Of a DNA stretch of 64,000 nt, positions 31,671-42,537 are shown one piece after another. The stretch spans positions 611,979 through 675,978 of the forward strand of contig CAVZOJ010000002.1 of the NCBI GenBank assembly GCA_963776845.1, in the 5' to 3' direction. A program made the translations under genes and the position numbers. This DNA comes from an uncultured Alphaproteobacteria bacterium. Lineage in GTDB: Bacteria > Pseudomonadota > Alphaproteobacteria > Rhodobacterales > Rhodobacteraceae. The notes below the pieces were generated by a model. The model made no database searches and was not told the origin of the DNA. It saw nothing but the letters and a program-made list of their open reading frames with translations. Positions within the stretch are counted from its first letter, which is position 1; each line of letters starts with the position of its first letter.

Positions 31671-32761
31671 CCGCTCCGATTCTCGAGGCCGTGGGCGTCG
31701 CCAAGCATTTCCGCGTGGGGCAGAAGCTGTTCGACAAGGGCTCCGTCGTGCGCGCGGTCGACGGCATCTCGTTGCGGGTCCGGGCGGGCGAGACCTTCGC
31801 GATCGTGGGCGAGTCCGGCTGCGGCAAGTCGACCTTGGCGCGGCTGCTGACGCGGCTCATCGACCCGACGCGCGGCAACGTGCTGTTCGAGGGCGAGGAG
31901 GTTACCGATATCACCGGCGCGCGGCTGACCGCGTTCCGCCGCGACGTCCAGTTTGTGTTCCAGGACCCGTTCTCGTCGCTCAATCCGCGATTGAGCGTCG
32001 GGCGGCTTGTCGGAGAACCTCTTGAGGTTCACCGCGGCGACCTGTCCGCCCGGGAACGGCGGGAGCAGGTGGCGCAACTTCTGGCGCAGGTCGGCTTGCG
32101 GCCGGAGCATGCGGACCGGTATCCGCACGAATTCTCCGGGGGCCAGCGGCAGCGCATCGGCATCGCCCGCGCTCTGGCGTCGGGGCCGAAGCTGCTGGTC
32201 GGGGACGAGCCTGTCTCGGCCCTCGACGTGTCGATCCAGGCACAGGTCGTGAACCTGCTGGAGGATCTCAAAGCGCGGCTCGGACTGACGCTCGTCGTGA
32301 TCGCTCACGACCTTGCCGTCATCCGCCACATGAGCGACCGTGTCGCCGTGATGTATCTCGGCCAGGTGGTCGAAAGCGGGTCGACGGACGCGATCTTCGA
32401 GGCGCCACGGCACCCGTACACGCGCGCCCTGCTCGACGCGATCCCCGAGCCGAGCCCGGTGCGACGCCCTGGCCGACTGCGCCTCGAAGGCGACATCCCG
32501 AGCCCCGCAGCGCCGCCGTCGGGCTGCCGTTTCCATACCCGCTGTCCACACGCGCGGCCCGACTGCGCGACGCGCGAGCCGCATCTTGAGGGTGGCGAGC
32601 ATAGCGTCGCCTGCCACTACTGGCGTGAGATCGCGGAGACGGACGCCCGTCCGCTCACAGAGGCGGCACCGGTCGAGCCGGGGGCCGCTCGGCGCATCGA
32701 GCTTTATCAGGCCGCGATTGCGGCACATCAGGACAGCAATGAGAGGGAGACCATATCATGA
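31667..32761 (+). CDS. peptide ABC transporter ATP-binding protein (DppF/OppF-like)
   Basis: GTG overlaps the upstream stop. Motifs: GESGCGKSTLARLL, FSGGQRQRIGIARAL, LVGDEPVSALD, and a C-terminal Cys-rich oligopeptide-type domain. Confidence 0.9.
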   Translation: MTAPILEAVGVAKHFRVGQKLFDKGSVVRAVDGISLRVRAGETFAIVGESGCGKSTLARLLTRLIDPTRGNVLFEGEEVTDITGARLTAFRRDVQFVFQDPFSSLNPRLSVGRLVGEPLEVHRGDLSARERREQVAQLLAQVGLRPEHADRYPHEFSGGQRQRIGIARALASGPKLLVGDEPVSALDVSIQAQVVNLLEDLKARLGLTLVVIAHDLAVIRHMSDRVAVMYLGQVVESGSTDAIFEAPRHPYTRALLDAIPEPSPVRRPGRLRLEGDIPSPAAPPSGCRFHTRCPHARPDCATREPHLEGGEHSVACHYWREIAETDARPLTEAAPVEPGAARRIELYQAAIAAHQDSNERETIS

Positions 32762-34267
32762 AACGCACAGTCTTGCTGGCCGCGCTGCTGAGCGCGACGG
32801 CGATGTCCGCGGGGGCGCAGGAGCTCCGCATCGGGCTGGCCGAGGATCCCGACGTCCTCGACCCTGACCAGAGCCGCACCTTCGTCGGCCGCATCGTCTA
32901 CACCGCGCTCTGCGACAAGCTCGTCGACATCACGCCCGAGCTCGAGCTGATCCCGCAGCTCGCCACCGGCTGGGAATGGTCGGAGGACAACACCTCGCTG
33001 ACGATGCAGCTGCGCGAGGGAGTGACGTTCCACGACGGCACGCCGTTCGACGCCGAAGCGGTGGCGGCCAACATCGACCGGTCACAGAACCTGCCGGAAT
33101 CCCGGCGCAAGTCCGAGCTGGCCTCGATCACGGGCGTCGAGGTGCTGGGCGATCACGAGATCCGCTTCGACATGGACGCGCCCGATGCGACGCTGGTGGC
33201 GCAGTTCGCCGACCGGGCGGGCATGATGATCTCGCCGACCGCGGCCGAGGAGATGGGCCTCGACTTCGGCTCGGCGCCCGTCTGCTCCGGGCCGTTCAGC
33301 TTCGTCGACCGGGTGGCGCAGGACCGGATCGTGCTGGAGGCGTTCCCGGAGTACTGGAACGCCGACGAGATCAACCTGGCGGGCGTCACCTACCTGCCGA
33401 TCCCGGACGGCACCGTGCGCTTCGCCAACCTGCAGTCCGGCGATCTGGACCTGGTCGAGCGGCTGCAGGCGACCGACGTGCCGCAGGCCGAGGCGGACCC
33501 CGACATCACCGTCGAGACGGCGACATCGCTCGGCTATGACGGGATCACCTTCAACGTCGGCAACGGCGACAAGGCGGACAACCCGTTCGGCGCGGACGGC
33601 AAGTTGCTGCGACAGGCGCTGAGCGCCGCGATCGACCGGGAGGCGCTGAACCAGGTCGTCTTTAACGGCGCCATGCGGCCCGGCAACCAGCAATACTCGC
33701 CCGACTCGCAATGGTACGCCGGCGACATCCCGGTGCCGCAGCGCGACGTCGAGAAGGCCAAGGCGCTGCTGGAGGAAGCGGGCTACGGCGACGGCATCGA
33801 GCTGACGCTGCAGCACCCGAACAGTCCGGAATCGCTGCAGATCGCGCAGGTGATCCAGGCGATGGCGTCGGAGGCGGGGATCGACATCTCGCTCAATGCC
33901 AAGGAGTTCGCGTCGATGCTCGCCGACCAGACGGCGGGGGACTATCAGGCCTCGCTCGTGGGCTGGTCGGGCCGCGTCGATCCCGACGGCAACATCCACC
34001 AGTTCATGACGACCGAGGGCGGGATCAACGACAGCAAGTACTCGAACCCCGAGATCGACCGGCATCCTCGACGCGGCGCGGCAGACCAACGACACCGCCG
34101 AGCGCAAGGCGCTTTATGCCGAGGCGCGGGCGATCCTGAACGAGGACCTGCCGATCGTGTACCTCTACCACGACACCTGGATCTGGGCGCTGGACAACAG
34201 CGTCTCGGGCTTCGTGCCTTATCCCGACGGGATGATCCGGCTCGAAGGCGTGAGCCTCGAGGAGTGA
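32758..34267 (+). pseudogene. peptide/opine-type ABC substrate-binding protein (family 5), frame broken by a 1-nt insertion at 34059-34060
   Basis: ATGA overlap with the upstream gene, then a signal peptide. The sequence is sensible to ...SKYSNPEID, then GILDAARQTNDTAERKALYAEARAILNEDLPIVYLYH...EGVSLEE* follows in the +1 frame. Length is 3n+1. Confidence 0.85.
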
Positions 34268-34316
34268 CGCGTCTCGCCGCATCCCGCCCGGGGTGCGGCA
34301 CCCCGGAGGACCGCCG

Positions 34317-35262
34317 ATGCTGAGCTTCGTCCTGCGCCGGATCGTGATCGCGATCCCGACCGTGATCCTGATCTCGATGTTCGTGTTCTCGCTGCAGAAG
34401 CTGTTGCCGGGAGATCCGGTGCTGGTGATGGCGGGCGAGGACCGGACGCCCGAGATGCTGGAGTACCTGCGCGAGAAGTACCGGCTGAACGACCCGATCC
34501 CGGTGCAGTACGTCACCTGGGTGGGCAACGCCCTGCGCGGCGACCTCGGCATCTCGCTCAGGACCAACCAGCCGGTGACCGAGCTGATCGCGCAGAAGCT
34601 GCCGGTGACGCTGCAGCTGGCGGCGATGGCGCTGGTCTTCGCGCTGGTCATCGGCATTCCGGCGGGGATTATCTCGGCGATCCGCAAGGGGACGGTGACG
34701 GACTATGCGGCGAACGTGGTGGCGCTGTCGGGGCTGTCGATCCCGAACTTCTGGCTGGGGATCATGCTGATCCTGCTCGTCTCCGTCCGGTGGGAGCTGT
34801 TGCCGGCGTCGGGCTACGTTCCGCCCGGAGAGGACCTGTGGCGGTCGATCCAGACGATGCTCATGCCGGCGTTCGTGTTGGGCACGGCGATCGCCGCGAC
34901 GCTGATGCGGCACACTCGGTCGGCGATGCTGGGGGTGCTGCAGTCGGACTACGTTCGGACTGCGCGGGCGAAGGGGATGGCCGAGCGGACGGTCATCCTC
35001 AAGCACGCGCTGCGGAACGCGCTGACACCGGTGGTGACGCTGACCGCGCTGCTCTTCGGAGAGCTGATCGGCGGGGGCGGTGCTGACCGAGCAGATCTTC
35101 ACCATTCCGGGCTTCGGTAAGCTGGTGGTCGACGCGGTCTTCACCCGCGACTACGCCGTGGTGCAGGGCATCGTGCTGGTCACGGCGCTCGGCTTCATCC
35201 TGATGAACCTCGTCGCCGACGTGCTCTACGTCGTCCTCAACCCGCGCCTGAGGCCGTCCTGA
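34317..35262 (+). pseudogene. peptide ABC transporter permease (DppB-like), frame broken by a 1-nt insertion in the G5 run 35073-35077
   Basis: ATG 34317 follows GGAGGA. MLSFVLRRIVIAIPTVIL...LLFGELIGG is followed by AVLTEQIFTIPGFGKLVVDAV... in ORF 35080..35262. Length is 3n+1. Confidence 0.85.
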
Positions 35263-35350
35263 TGCGCTGCCGGCCGACGCCTCCGCTCGGGAAGTATTCT
35301 CGCCGAACGCACGCGGGGCAGTGTATCCGCACCCCGAGGGGCTGCGCCTG

Positions 35351-36233
35351 ATGGCGGACATCGCGCATCCAGGGGCAGAGAAAGCCCCCGCCGAGCGGCG
35401 CCAGCGCAGCCGCGCCTGGAGCAAGTTCCGCCGGCACTACAGCGCGCTCTTCGGCGGGGCGCTGGTGTTCTTCTTCGTGGCGGTCGCGCTGGCGGCGCCG
35501 CTGCTGCCGATCCCGGACCCGATCGCGACAGACTGGGGCGCGGTGCGGCAGGCGCCGTCGGCCGCGCATCCGCTGGGAACCGACGAGATCGGGCGCGACG
35601 TCCTGGCGCGGCTTATCTGGGGGGCGCAGGCGTCGCTGCTGGCGGGCTGCGTCTCGGTTCTGATCGCGGTCTCGATCGGGGTGCCGCTGGGCATCGTCGC
35701 GGGCTATTTCGGCGGCTGGACGGACGCCGTGATCTCGCGCTGCACTGAGGCGCTGCTGGCGGCGCCGTTCCTGATCCTGGCTATCGCGCTGGCGGCTTTC
35801 CTCGGGCCGTCGCTGACCAACGCGATGATCGCCATCGGCCTCTCTGCCACGCCGATCTTCGTGCGCCTGACGCGGGGCCAAACGCTGTCGGTCAAGGCGG
35901 AGGACTATGTGGAGAGCGCCCGCGCCATCGGCCTGCCGACGCGCAAGATCCTGACGCGATACATCTTTCCGAACGTGCTGCCGCCGATCCTGGTGCAGGC
36001 GACTTTGACCATCGCGACCGCGATCATCGCCGAGGCTCAGCCTCAGCTTCCTCGGCCTCGGGCAGCAGCCGCCGGCGCCGTCCTGGGGCTCGATGCTGAA
36101 CACGGCGAAGAACTTTCTCAACCAGGCGCCATGGATGGCGCTGTGGCCGGGCATCGCGATCTTCCTTGTGGTACTCGGCTTCAACCTGCTGGGCGACGGG
36201 CTGCGCGACGCGCTCGACCCCCGCGAAACCTGA
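35351..36233 (+). pseudogene. peptide ABC transporter permease (DppC-like), frame broken by a 1-nt insertion at 36037-36038
   Basis: ...HPLGTDEIGRDVLARLIWG...[11 protein letters not shown] is followed by [21 protein letters not shown]...[14 protein letters not shown] in the +1 frame. Length is 3n+1. Confidence 0.85.
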
Positions 36234-36243
36234 CGGAGACCGA

Positions 36244-38022
36244 ATGCAGTTCACCACCCGCCCCGAGATCCGCGGCACCTTCGGCGTCTGCGCCTCGACC
36301 CACTGGATCGCTTCGGCCGCCGGCATGGGCGTGCTGGAGCGCGGCGGCAACGCCTTCGATGCCGCCGTGGTCATGGGGCTGGTCCTGCAGGTGGTGGAGC
36401 CGCACCTGAACGGCCCGGCGGGCGACCTGCCGGTGATCTTTCGCGTTGCGGACGGCGAGGTGCAGGTGCTCTGCGCGCAGGGGGTGGCACCCGCCGGAGC
36501 GACGGTCGAGCATTTCCGCGGGCTGGGCCTGACGCTGGTGCCGGGGTCCGGCCTGCTGGCGACGGTGGTGCCGGGGGCGTTCGACGGCTGGATGCTGCTC
36601 CTCCGCGATCATGGCACGCTGGAGGTGGCCGAGGCGCTGGCCCCGGCGATCGGCTATGCGCGTGACGGGCACCCGATGCTGCCGCGCGTCGCCGACACGA
36701 TCGCGGGGCTCGCGGACTACTTCCGCGCCGATTGGCCGACATCGGCCGCGACCTGGCTGCCGGACGGCACGCCGCCCGCGGCCAACGCGCTCTTCCGCAA
36801 CCCCGACCTCGCTGCAACCTACGAGCGGCTGGGCGCGAGCGACGGGGCGGATCGGACGGCGCGGATCGACGCCGCGCGCGCCGCCTGGCGCGAGGGGTTC
36901 GTGGCGGACGCCATCGCCGACTACCTCGCCGAGGCGGAGGTGATGGACGTCTCAGGCGAGCGACACCGGGGCGTCCTGACGCGCGCGGACCTGGCAGGAT
37001 GGCAGGCGCGCTACGAGGCGCCGGCGACGCTCGACTATTACGGCTGGACGCTTCACAAGACCGGGCCGTGGGGGCAGGGGCCGGTGCTGCTGCAGGCGCT
37101 CGCGATCCTGCGCGGCTTCGATCTTGCCGCGATGGATCCCATGGGCGCGGAGTTCGTGCATACGGTCGTCGAGGCGATGAAGCTCGCCTATGCCGACCGC
37201 GAGGCGTACTACGGCGACCCCGACTTCGCCGAGATCCCGATGCAGACGCTGCTGTCGGAGGAGTACGCGGCGGAGCGGCGGCGGCTCATCGGCGAGCGCG
37301 CCTCGATGGAGCAGCGGCCGGGCCGGGTTCCTGGGTTCGAGCATCAGGCAGACGCCGCCATTGCCCGCGCCGCGCGGGACTTCCAGGCCGCGACCGGCGC
37401 CGATGCCGGCGAGCCGACGATGGCGCACCTGACGGAGCGGCGCGGCGACACCGTGCATCTCGACGTCATCGACCGCTGGGGCAACGTCGTCACCGCCACG
37501 CCCTCGGGCGGCTGGCTGCAATCCTCGCCCGTCATCCCGGGGCTGGGGTTCCCGCTGAATACCCGCGCGCAGATGTTCTGGCTGGAGGAAGGGCTGCCGA
37601 CCTCGCTCAAGCCCGGCGCGCGGCCCCGGACCACGCTGACGCCGACGATCGCACGCAAGGGCGACACCTGGCTCGCCTTCGGCACGCCGGGCGGTGACCA
37701 GCAGGACCAGTGGCAGCTGGTCTGGTTCCTGCGCCACGTCCATCACGGCATGGACCTGCAGCAGGGCATGGACGCGCCACTCTTCCACTCGATGCACTTC
37801 CAGAGCTCGTTCTATCCGCGCAAGGCTGCGCCCGGGGAAATGATGATCGAGCCGGCGATGGGCGAGAGCACGATCGAGGATCTGCTGCGGCGAGGCCACA
37901 TCGTGCACGTGGCCGAGCCTTGGTCGGTCGGCCGCCTCAGCGCGGCCATGCGCCACCCGGACGGACTGATGCAGGCCGCCGCGACGCCGCGGCTGATGCA
38001 GGCCTACGCTGTCGGGCGCTGA
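36244..38022 (+). CDS. gamma-glutamyltransferase family protein (Ntn hydrolase), no signal peptide
   Basis: ATG 36244 (MQFTTRPEIRGTFGVCASTHWIAS...). The autoprocessing/nucleophile region RGDTVHLDVIDRWGNVVTATPSGG is present, as is FGTPGGDQQ. Confidence 0.85.
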   Translation: MQFTTRPEIRGTFGVCASTHWIASAAGMGVLERGGNAFDAAVVMGLVLQVVEPHLNGPAGDLPVIFRVADGEVQVLCAQGVAPAGATVEHFRGLGLTLVPGSGLLATVVPGAFDGWMLLLRDHGTLEVAEALAPAIGYARDGHPMLPRVADTIAGLADYFRADWPTSAATWLPDGTPPAANALFRNPDLAATYERLGASDGADRTARIDAARAAWREGFVADAIADYLAEAEVMDVSGERHRGVLTRADLAGWQARYEAPATLDYYGWTLHKTGPWGQGPVLLQALAILRGFDLAAMDPMGAEFVHTVVEAMKLAYADREAYYGDPDFAEIPMQTLLSEEYAAERRRLIGERASMEQRPGRVPGFEHQADAAIARAARDFQAATGADAGEPTMAHLTERRGDTVHLDVIDRWGNVVTATPSGGWLQSSPVIPGLGFPLNTRAQMFWLEEGLPTSLKPGARPRTTLTPTIARKGDTWLAFGTPGGDQQDQWQLVWFLRHVHHGMDLQQGMDAPLFHSMHFQSSFYPRKAAPGEMMIEPAMGESTIEDLLRRGHIVHVAEPWSVGRLSAAMRHPDGLMQAAATPRLMQAYAVGR

Positions 38023-38166
38023 TGGATGCCTTGAAATCGGGCGGCATCTTGCGACGTGCACAAGCCTTGCGCAGCAGCGAGCCGCACCGCATCGTCCGGC
38101 TCGACCAGCCCCTGTCGACCCGTGGCCGCGGGACCTAAGACGGCGGGGACGAGAGGGGAGCGCGCC

Positions 38167-39051
38167 TTGAGCATCGTCGAGACCAGCCGGCCGATCGAGG
38201 AGCGGGGCGCCTTCGCCCGCCTGATCCGCCGTCCGCGTGCCGCGTTCGGCTTGACCGTGATCGCGATCATGGTCTTCGCGGCGGTCTTCGCGCCTTGGAT
38301 CATGCCGCACGACCCGTTCGAGCAGAGCTTCGACGGGCTGACGCTCGAGGGCGCGCCGCTGCCGCCGGGGGGCGAATTCCCGCTCGGCACCGACCTTCTG
38401 GGCCGAGACCTTTCCTCCCGGCTGATCCTGGGGACCCGGACGTCGCTGATCATCGGTGTGCTGGCGAACGGCATCGCCGTGCTGTTCGGGGCGGGGATCG
38501 GAGTGACGGCGGGCTACTTCGGCGGCTGGATCGGCGCGGTCCTGATGCGTTTCACGGACCTGATGATGGCGTTCCCGGCGCTGCTGCTCGCGATCGTGCT
38601 GGCGGCGATCTTCCAGCCGTCGCTCCTGATCGTGGCGCTGGTGATCGCGATGGTGAACTGGGTGCAGATGAGCCGCGTGATATACTCCGAGACCCGCTCG
38701 CTTGCTGAACGCGAATTCATCCAGGTCCAACGGTCGATCGGTTCGGGGCACCTGCGGATCCTGTTTCGGCATCTTCTGCCGCACCTGCTGAGCTCGATCG
38801 TGGTCTTCGGGACGCTCGGCATCTCGACGACTGTGCTGCTCGAGGCGACGCTGTCGTTCCTCGGCGTGGGCGTGCAGCCGCCGATCCCGTCCTGGGGCAA
38901 CATCATCTTCGAGAACCAGACCTACTTCACTACGGCGCCATGGCTGGTGTTCATACCCGGCGCGGCGATCGTCCTGCTGGCCTTGTCGTTCAACCTCGTC
39001 GGCGACGCGCTACGCGACGTGCTCGACCCGACGCTGAAGGGGCGGCACTAG
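38167..39051 (+). CDS. peptide ABC transporter permease (DppC-like), second system
   Basis: TTG 38167 follows GAGGGGAG. Motifs: PLGTDLLGRDLSSRLILG, LEATLSFLGVGVQPPIPSWG. Intact. Confidence 0.8.
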   Translation: MSIVETSRPIEERGAFARLIRRPRAAFGLTVIAIMVFAAVFAPWIMPHDPFEQSFDGLTLEGAPLPPGGEFPLGTDLLGRDLSSRLILGTRTSLIIGVLANGIAVLFGAGIGVTAGYFGGWIGAVLMRFTDLMMAFPALLLAIVLAAIFQPSLLIVALVIAMVNWVQMSRVIYSETRSLAEREFIQVQRSIGSGHLRILFRHLLPHLLSSIVVFGTLGISTTVLLEATLSFLGVGVQPPIPSWGNIIFENQTYFTTAPWLVFIPGAAIVLLALSFNLVGDALRDVLDPTLKGRH

Positions 39052-39972
39052 GTGGCTGGCTACATCCTGCGGCGGCTGCTGGAGAGCGCGCTGATCCTGC
39101 TGGGGATCAGCCTGGTGACATTCGTGCTGCTGTACCTCGTGCCCGCCGACCCGGCGCGGCAGATCGCGGGGCGTAGCGCGACGGCGGAGACGGTGGCCAA
39201 CATCCGCGACCAGCTGGGCCTCAACGACCCTTTCTTCGTGCAGTACGCGCGGTACCTGTGGAACCTGTTCCAGGGCGACCTGGGGCGGAGCTACCTGCAG
39301 CGCGCCGAGGTGTCTGAGCTGATCGCGTCGCGCCTGCCCGCGAGCCTGCTCTTGATGGTCAGCGCCATCGTGCTGGAGTTGATCGTCGGGCTGACGATCG
39401 GCGTCGTCGCCGCGCTCAGGCGAAACAGCGTCACCGACAACGCGCTGATGATCTTCTCGTTCGTGTCGATCTCAGCGCCGCAGTTCGTGATCGGGATCCT
39501 GCTGCTCTACGTCTTCGCGGTGCAGCTGAACTGGTTTCCCATCGGGGGGTACGGGACGTTCGCGCACCTGGTGCTGCCGACCGTGACGCTCGCGTTCCTC
39601 GGGGCCGGCTGGTACAGCCGGATGATGCGCTCCTCGGTGATCGAGGTGCTGTCCCAGGATTTCGTGCGTACCGCCCGCGCCAAGGGCCTCGCCCGAGCGC
39701 AGATCATCGGTCGCCACGTGATCCCGAACGCGGTGCTGCCGATCATCGCGATGGTCGGCATCGACATCGGCCTCTTCTTTTCGGGCATCGTCGTGGTGGA
39801 GAGCGTTTTCGGCTGGCCCGGTATCGGCCAGCTGGCGTGGCAGGCGATCCAGCGCATCGACATTCCCGTAATCATGGGCGTCACCATCGTCTCGGCCGCC
39901 GCGATCGTGCTGGGCAACCTGCTCGCCGACCTCGTGGCGCCGCTGATCGACCCGCGCATAAAGCTGAAATGA
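39052..39972 (+). CDS. peptide ABC transporter permease (DppB-like), second system
   Basis: GTG immediately after the upstream stop. Motifs: MAGYILRRLLESALILLGISLVTF, FVRTARAKGL, VESVFGWPGIG. Confidence 0.9.
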   Translation: MAGYILRRLLESALILLGISLVTFVLLYLVPADPARQIAGRSATAETVANIRDQLGLNDPFFVQYARYLWNLFQGDLGRSYLQRAEVSELIASRLPASLLLMVSAIVLELIVGLTIGVVAALRRNSVTDNALMIFSFVSISAPQFVIGILLLYVFAVQLNWFPIGGYGTFAHLVLPTVTLAFLGAGWYSRMMRSSVIEVLSQDFVRTARAKGLARAQIIGRHVIPNAVLPIIAMVGIDIGLFFSGIVVVESVFGWPGIGQLAWQAIQRIDIPVIMGVTIVSAAAIVLGNLLADLVAPLIDPRIKLK

Positions 39973-39989
39973 ACAACAGGAGGGAGAAC

Positions 39990-41606
39990 ATGAGACACCT
40001 GCTTGCAACAACCGCCGTTGTGGCTTTCGTCGGAGCGGCGCAGGCCCAGGATGCGGCCGACCTGAGCGACGTTCCCCAGGGGGGTACGATGACCGTCACG
40101 TACCAGGAGGACGTGGCAACGCTCGACCCGGCGATCGGCTACGACTGGCAGAACTGGTCGATGATCAAGTCGCTGTTCGACGGCCTGATGGGCTACGAGC
40201 CCGGCACGACCGAGCTGCGCAACGAGCTGGCCGAGAGCCATGAGGTGTCCGAGGACGGCATGGTCCACACCTTCACGCTAAAGGACGACATCTTCTTCCA
40301 CAACGGCCGCGAGATCATGGCCGAGGACGTGAAGTACTCCCTCGACCGCGTCACGAACCCCGAGACGCAGAGCCCCGGCGCCGGCTTCTTCGGCATGATC
40401 GACGGTTTCGACGCGTGGAACTCGGGTGAGGGCGAAGGACTGTCGGGCGTCGAGGTGCTGGACGACAAGACGGTTCAGATCACGCTGTCGCGCCCCGACG
40501 CCACGTTCGGGCACGTCATGGCGCTGAACTTCGCGTCGATCGTCCCGCGCGAGGCGGTGGAGGAGTTGGGCCAGGACTTCGGCCGCGACCCGGTCGGCTC
40601 CGGCGCATTCGAACTGACGGAATGGACGCCGGGCCAGCGCCTCGTCTTCGAGGCGTTCGACCAGTACCACCGCGAGGGGGTGCCCAAGCTCGACCAGGTC
40701 GTCTTCGAACTGGGGCTGGACCCTACCGTGGCGCTTCTGCGGGTGCAGCAGGGGCAGGCGGACATCCCCGGCGACCAGATCCCGCCGGCGCAGTTCCTGC
40801 AGGTGATGAACGACCCCGAGCAGGCCGACAATGTCGTCGAGGGCGGGCAGTTGCACACCGGCTACGTGACGATGAACGTCAACATGGCGCCGTTCGATGA
40901 CGTGACCGTCCGCAAGGCGGTGAACATGGCGATCAACAAGGACCGGATCGTGCGTGTCATCAATGGTCGCGCGGTGCCGGCGAACCAGCCGCTGCCGCCG
41001 TCGATGCCCGGCTATGCGGAGGACTACGAGGGCTATCCGTTCGACCCCGAGGGCGCGCGCCAGATGCTGGAGGAGGCGGGCTACGACCTGCCGATCCAGA
41101 CGGAGCTCTATGTCTACAACACCGACCCGAACCCGCGCATCGCGCAGGCGATCCAGCAGGACCTCCAGGAGATCGGCATCGAGGCCGAGATCCGCTCACT
41201 CGCCCAGGCCAACGTCATCGCCGCGGGCGGCGAGCCGGACCAGGCGCCGATGATCTGGTCGGGAGGCATGGCGTGGATCGCGGACTTCCCCGACCCGTCG
41301 AACTTCTACGCGCCGATCCTGGGTTGCGCAGGTGCCGTCCGGGGTGGCTGGAACTGGTCATGGTACTGCAATGAGGAGTTGGATGCGCGTGCGGCCGAGG
41401 CCGACGCGATGGTCGGCGACGAGGAAGCGCGGATGCAGGCGTGGGAGCAAATCTACGTCGACATCATGGAGGACGCACCCTGGGCGCCGGTCTTCAACGA
41501 GCAGCGCTTCACCTACCACTCGGACGCGATCGAAGGGCCCGACCGCCTCTTCGTCGATCCGGTCCACATCCCCGTCAACTACGACTACATCCATGCCGCA
41601 CAGTAA
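39990..41606 (+). CDS. ABC transporter substrate-binding protein (family 5), second system
   Basis: ATG 39990 follows AGGAGGGAG, then a signal peptide MRHLLATTAVVAFVGAAQA. The SBP_bac_5-type sequence is intact. Confidence 0.9.
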   Translation: MRHLLATTAVVAFVGAAQAQDAADLSDVPQGGTMTVTYQEDVATLDPAIGYDWQNWSMIKSLFDGLMGYEPGTTELRNELAESHEVSEDGMVHTFTLKDDIFFHNGREIMAEDVKYSLDRVTNPETQSPGAGFFGMIDGFDAWNSGEGEGLSGVEVLDDKTVQITLSRPDATFGHVMALNFASIVPREAVEELGQDFGRDPVGSGAFELTEWTPGQRLVFEAFDQYHREGVPKLDQVVFELGLDPTVALLRVQQGQADIPGDQIPPAQFLQVMNDPEQADNVVEGGQLHTGYVTMNVNMAPFDDVTVRKAVNMAINKDRIVRVINGRAVPANQPLPPSMPGYAEDYEGYPFDPEGARQMLEEAGYDLPIQTELYVYNTDPNPRIAQAIQQDLQEIGIEAEIRSLAQANVIAAGGEPDQAPMIWSGGMAWIADFPDPSNFYAPILGCAGAVRGGWNWSWYCNEELDARAAEADAMVGDEEARMQAWEQIYVDIMEDAPWAPVFNEQRFTYHSDAIEGPDRLFVDPVHIPVNYDYIHAAQ

Positions 41607-42537
41607 CTGCGACCACACGATCCACGGCCGTCATCACAACGGCTGGGACAACTCCATCGCCCCGGCGCTGACCATCGCGCCGGGGGAGAGCATCCACTTC
41701 GAGTGCCTAGACAGCTCGGGCGGACAGTTTACGCCCGAGAGCCGGACGGAGGACGTCCCGAACCTCGACTTCGGCAAGATCAACCCGGTCACTGGCCCCG
41801 TCTACGTCGATGGGGCCGAGCCGGGGGACGTGCTGAAGGTGACGATCGGGCGTTTCCACCCATCGGGGTTCGGCTGGACGGCGAACATCCCGGGCTTCGG
41901 CCTTCTCGCCGACCAGTTCGCCGATCCCGCGCTGCAGGTCTGGAGCTATGACGCCGACAGCATGGCGCCGGCGCTCTGGTCCGGCGTGGGCCGGGTGCCG
42001 CTGAAGCCCTTCGCCGGCACCATTGGCCTCGCGCCGGCCGAGGCGGGGCACCACTCCGTCGTCCCGCCGCGGCGAGTCGGCGGCAACATGGACATCCGCG
42101 ATCTCTCGACCGGCTGCGAGCTCTACCTGCCGGTCGAGGTGGCGGGGGCGCTCTTCTCGGTCGGCGATACTCACGCGGCGCAGGGCGACGGCGAGGTGTG
42201 TGGCACGGCGATCGAGAGCCCGATGCACGTCGAGCTCAGCTTCGACCTCATCAAGAACGAGCCGCTGAAGTTCCCGCGCTTTGTCACGCCGGGCCCGGTC
42301 ACGCGCCACCTTGACGAGAAGGGCTACTCGGCCACGACCGGGATCGGGCCGGACCTGATGCAGGCCACCCGCGACGCGGTCTCGGGCATGATCGACCTGC
42401 TGGGTCGCGAGCAGGGGCTTTCGGCCACTGACGCCTACCTCCTCTGCTCGGTCTGCGGCGACCTGCGGATCTCCGAGGTGGTGGACCAGCCGAACTGGGT
42501 GGTGTCGTTCTACATGCCGCGCTCGGTCTTCGAGTGA
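41593..42537 (+). CDS. acetamidase/formamidase family protein
   Basis: Inner ATG 41593 (MPHSNCDHTIHGRHHNGWDN...) overlaps the SBP end by 14 nt. Motifs: NPVTGPVYVDGAEPGD, GGNMDIRDL, SVGDTHAAQGDGEVCGTAIE. Confidence 0.85.
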   Translation: MPHSNCDHTIHGRHHNGWDNSIAPALTIAPGESIHFECLDSSGGQFTPESRTEDVPNLDFGKINPVTGPVYVDGAEPGDVLKVTIGRFHPSGFGWTANIPGFGLLADQFADPALQVWSYDADSMAPALWSGVGRVPLKPFAGTIGLAPAEAGHHSVVPPRRVGGNMDIRDLSTGCELYLPVEVAGALFSVGDTHAAQGDGEVCGTAIESPMHVELSFDLIKNEPLKFPRFVTPGPVTRHLDEKGYSATTGIGPDLMQATRDAVSGMIDLLGREQGLSATDAYLLCSVCGDLRISEVVDQPNWVVSFYMPRSVFE

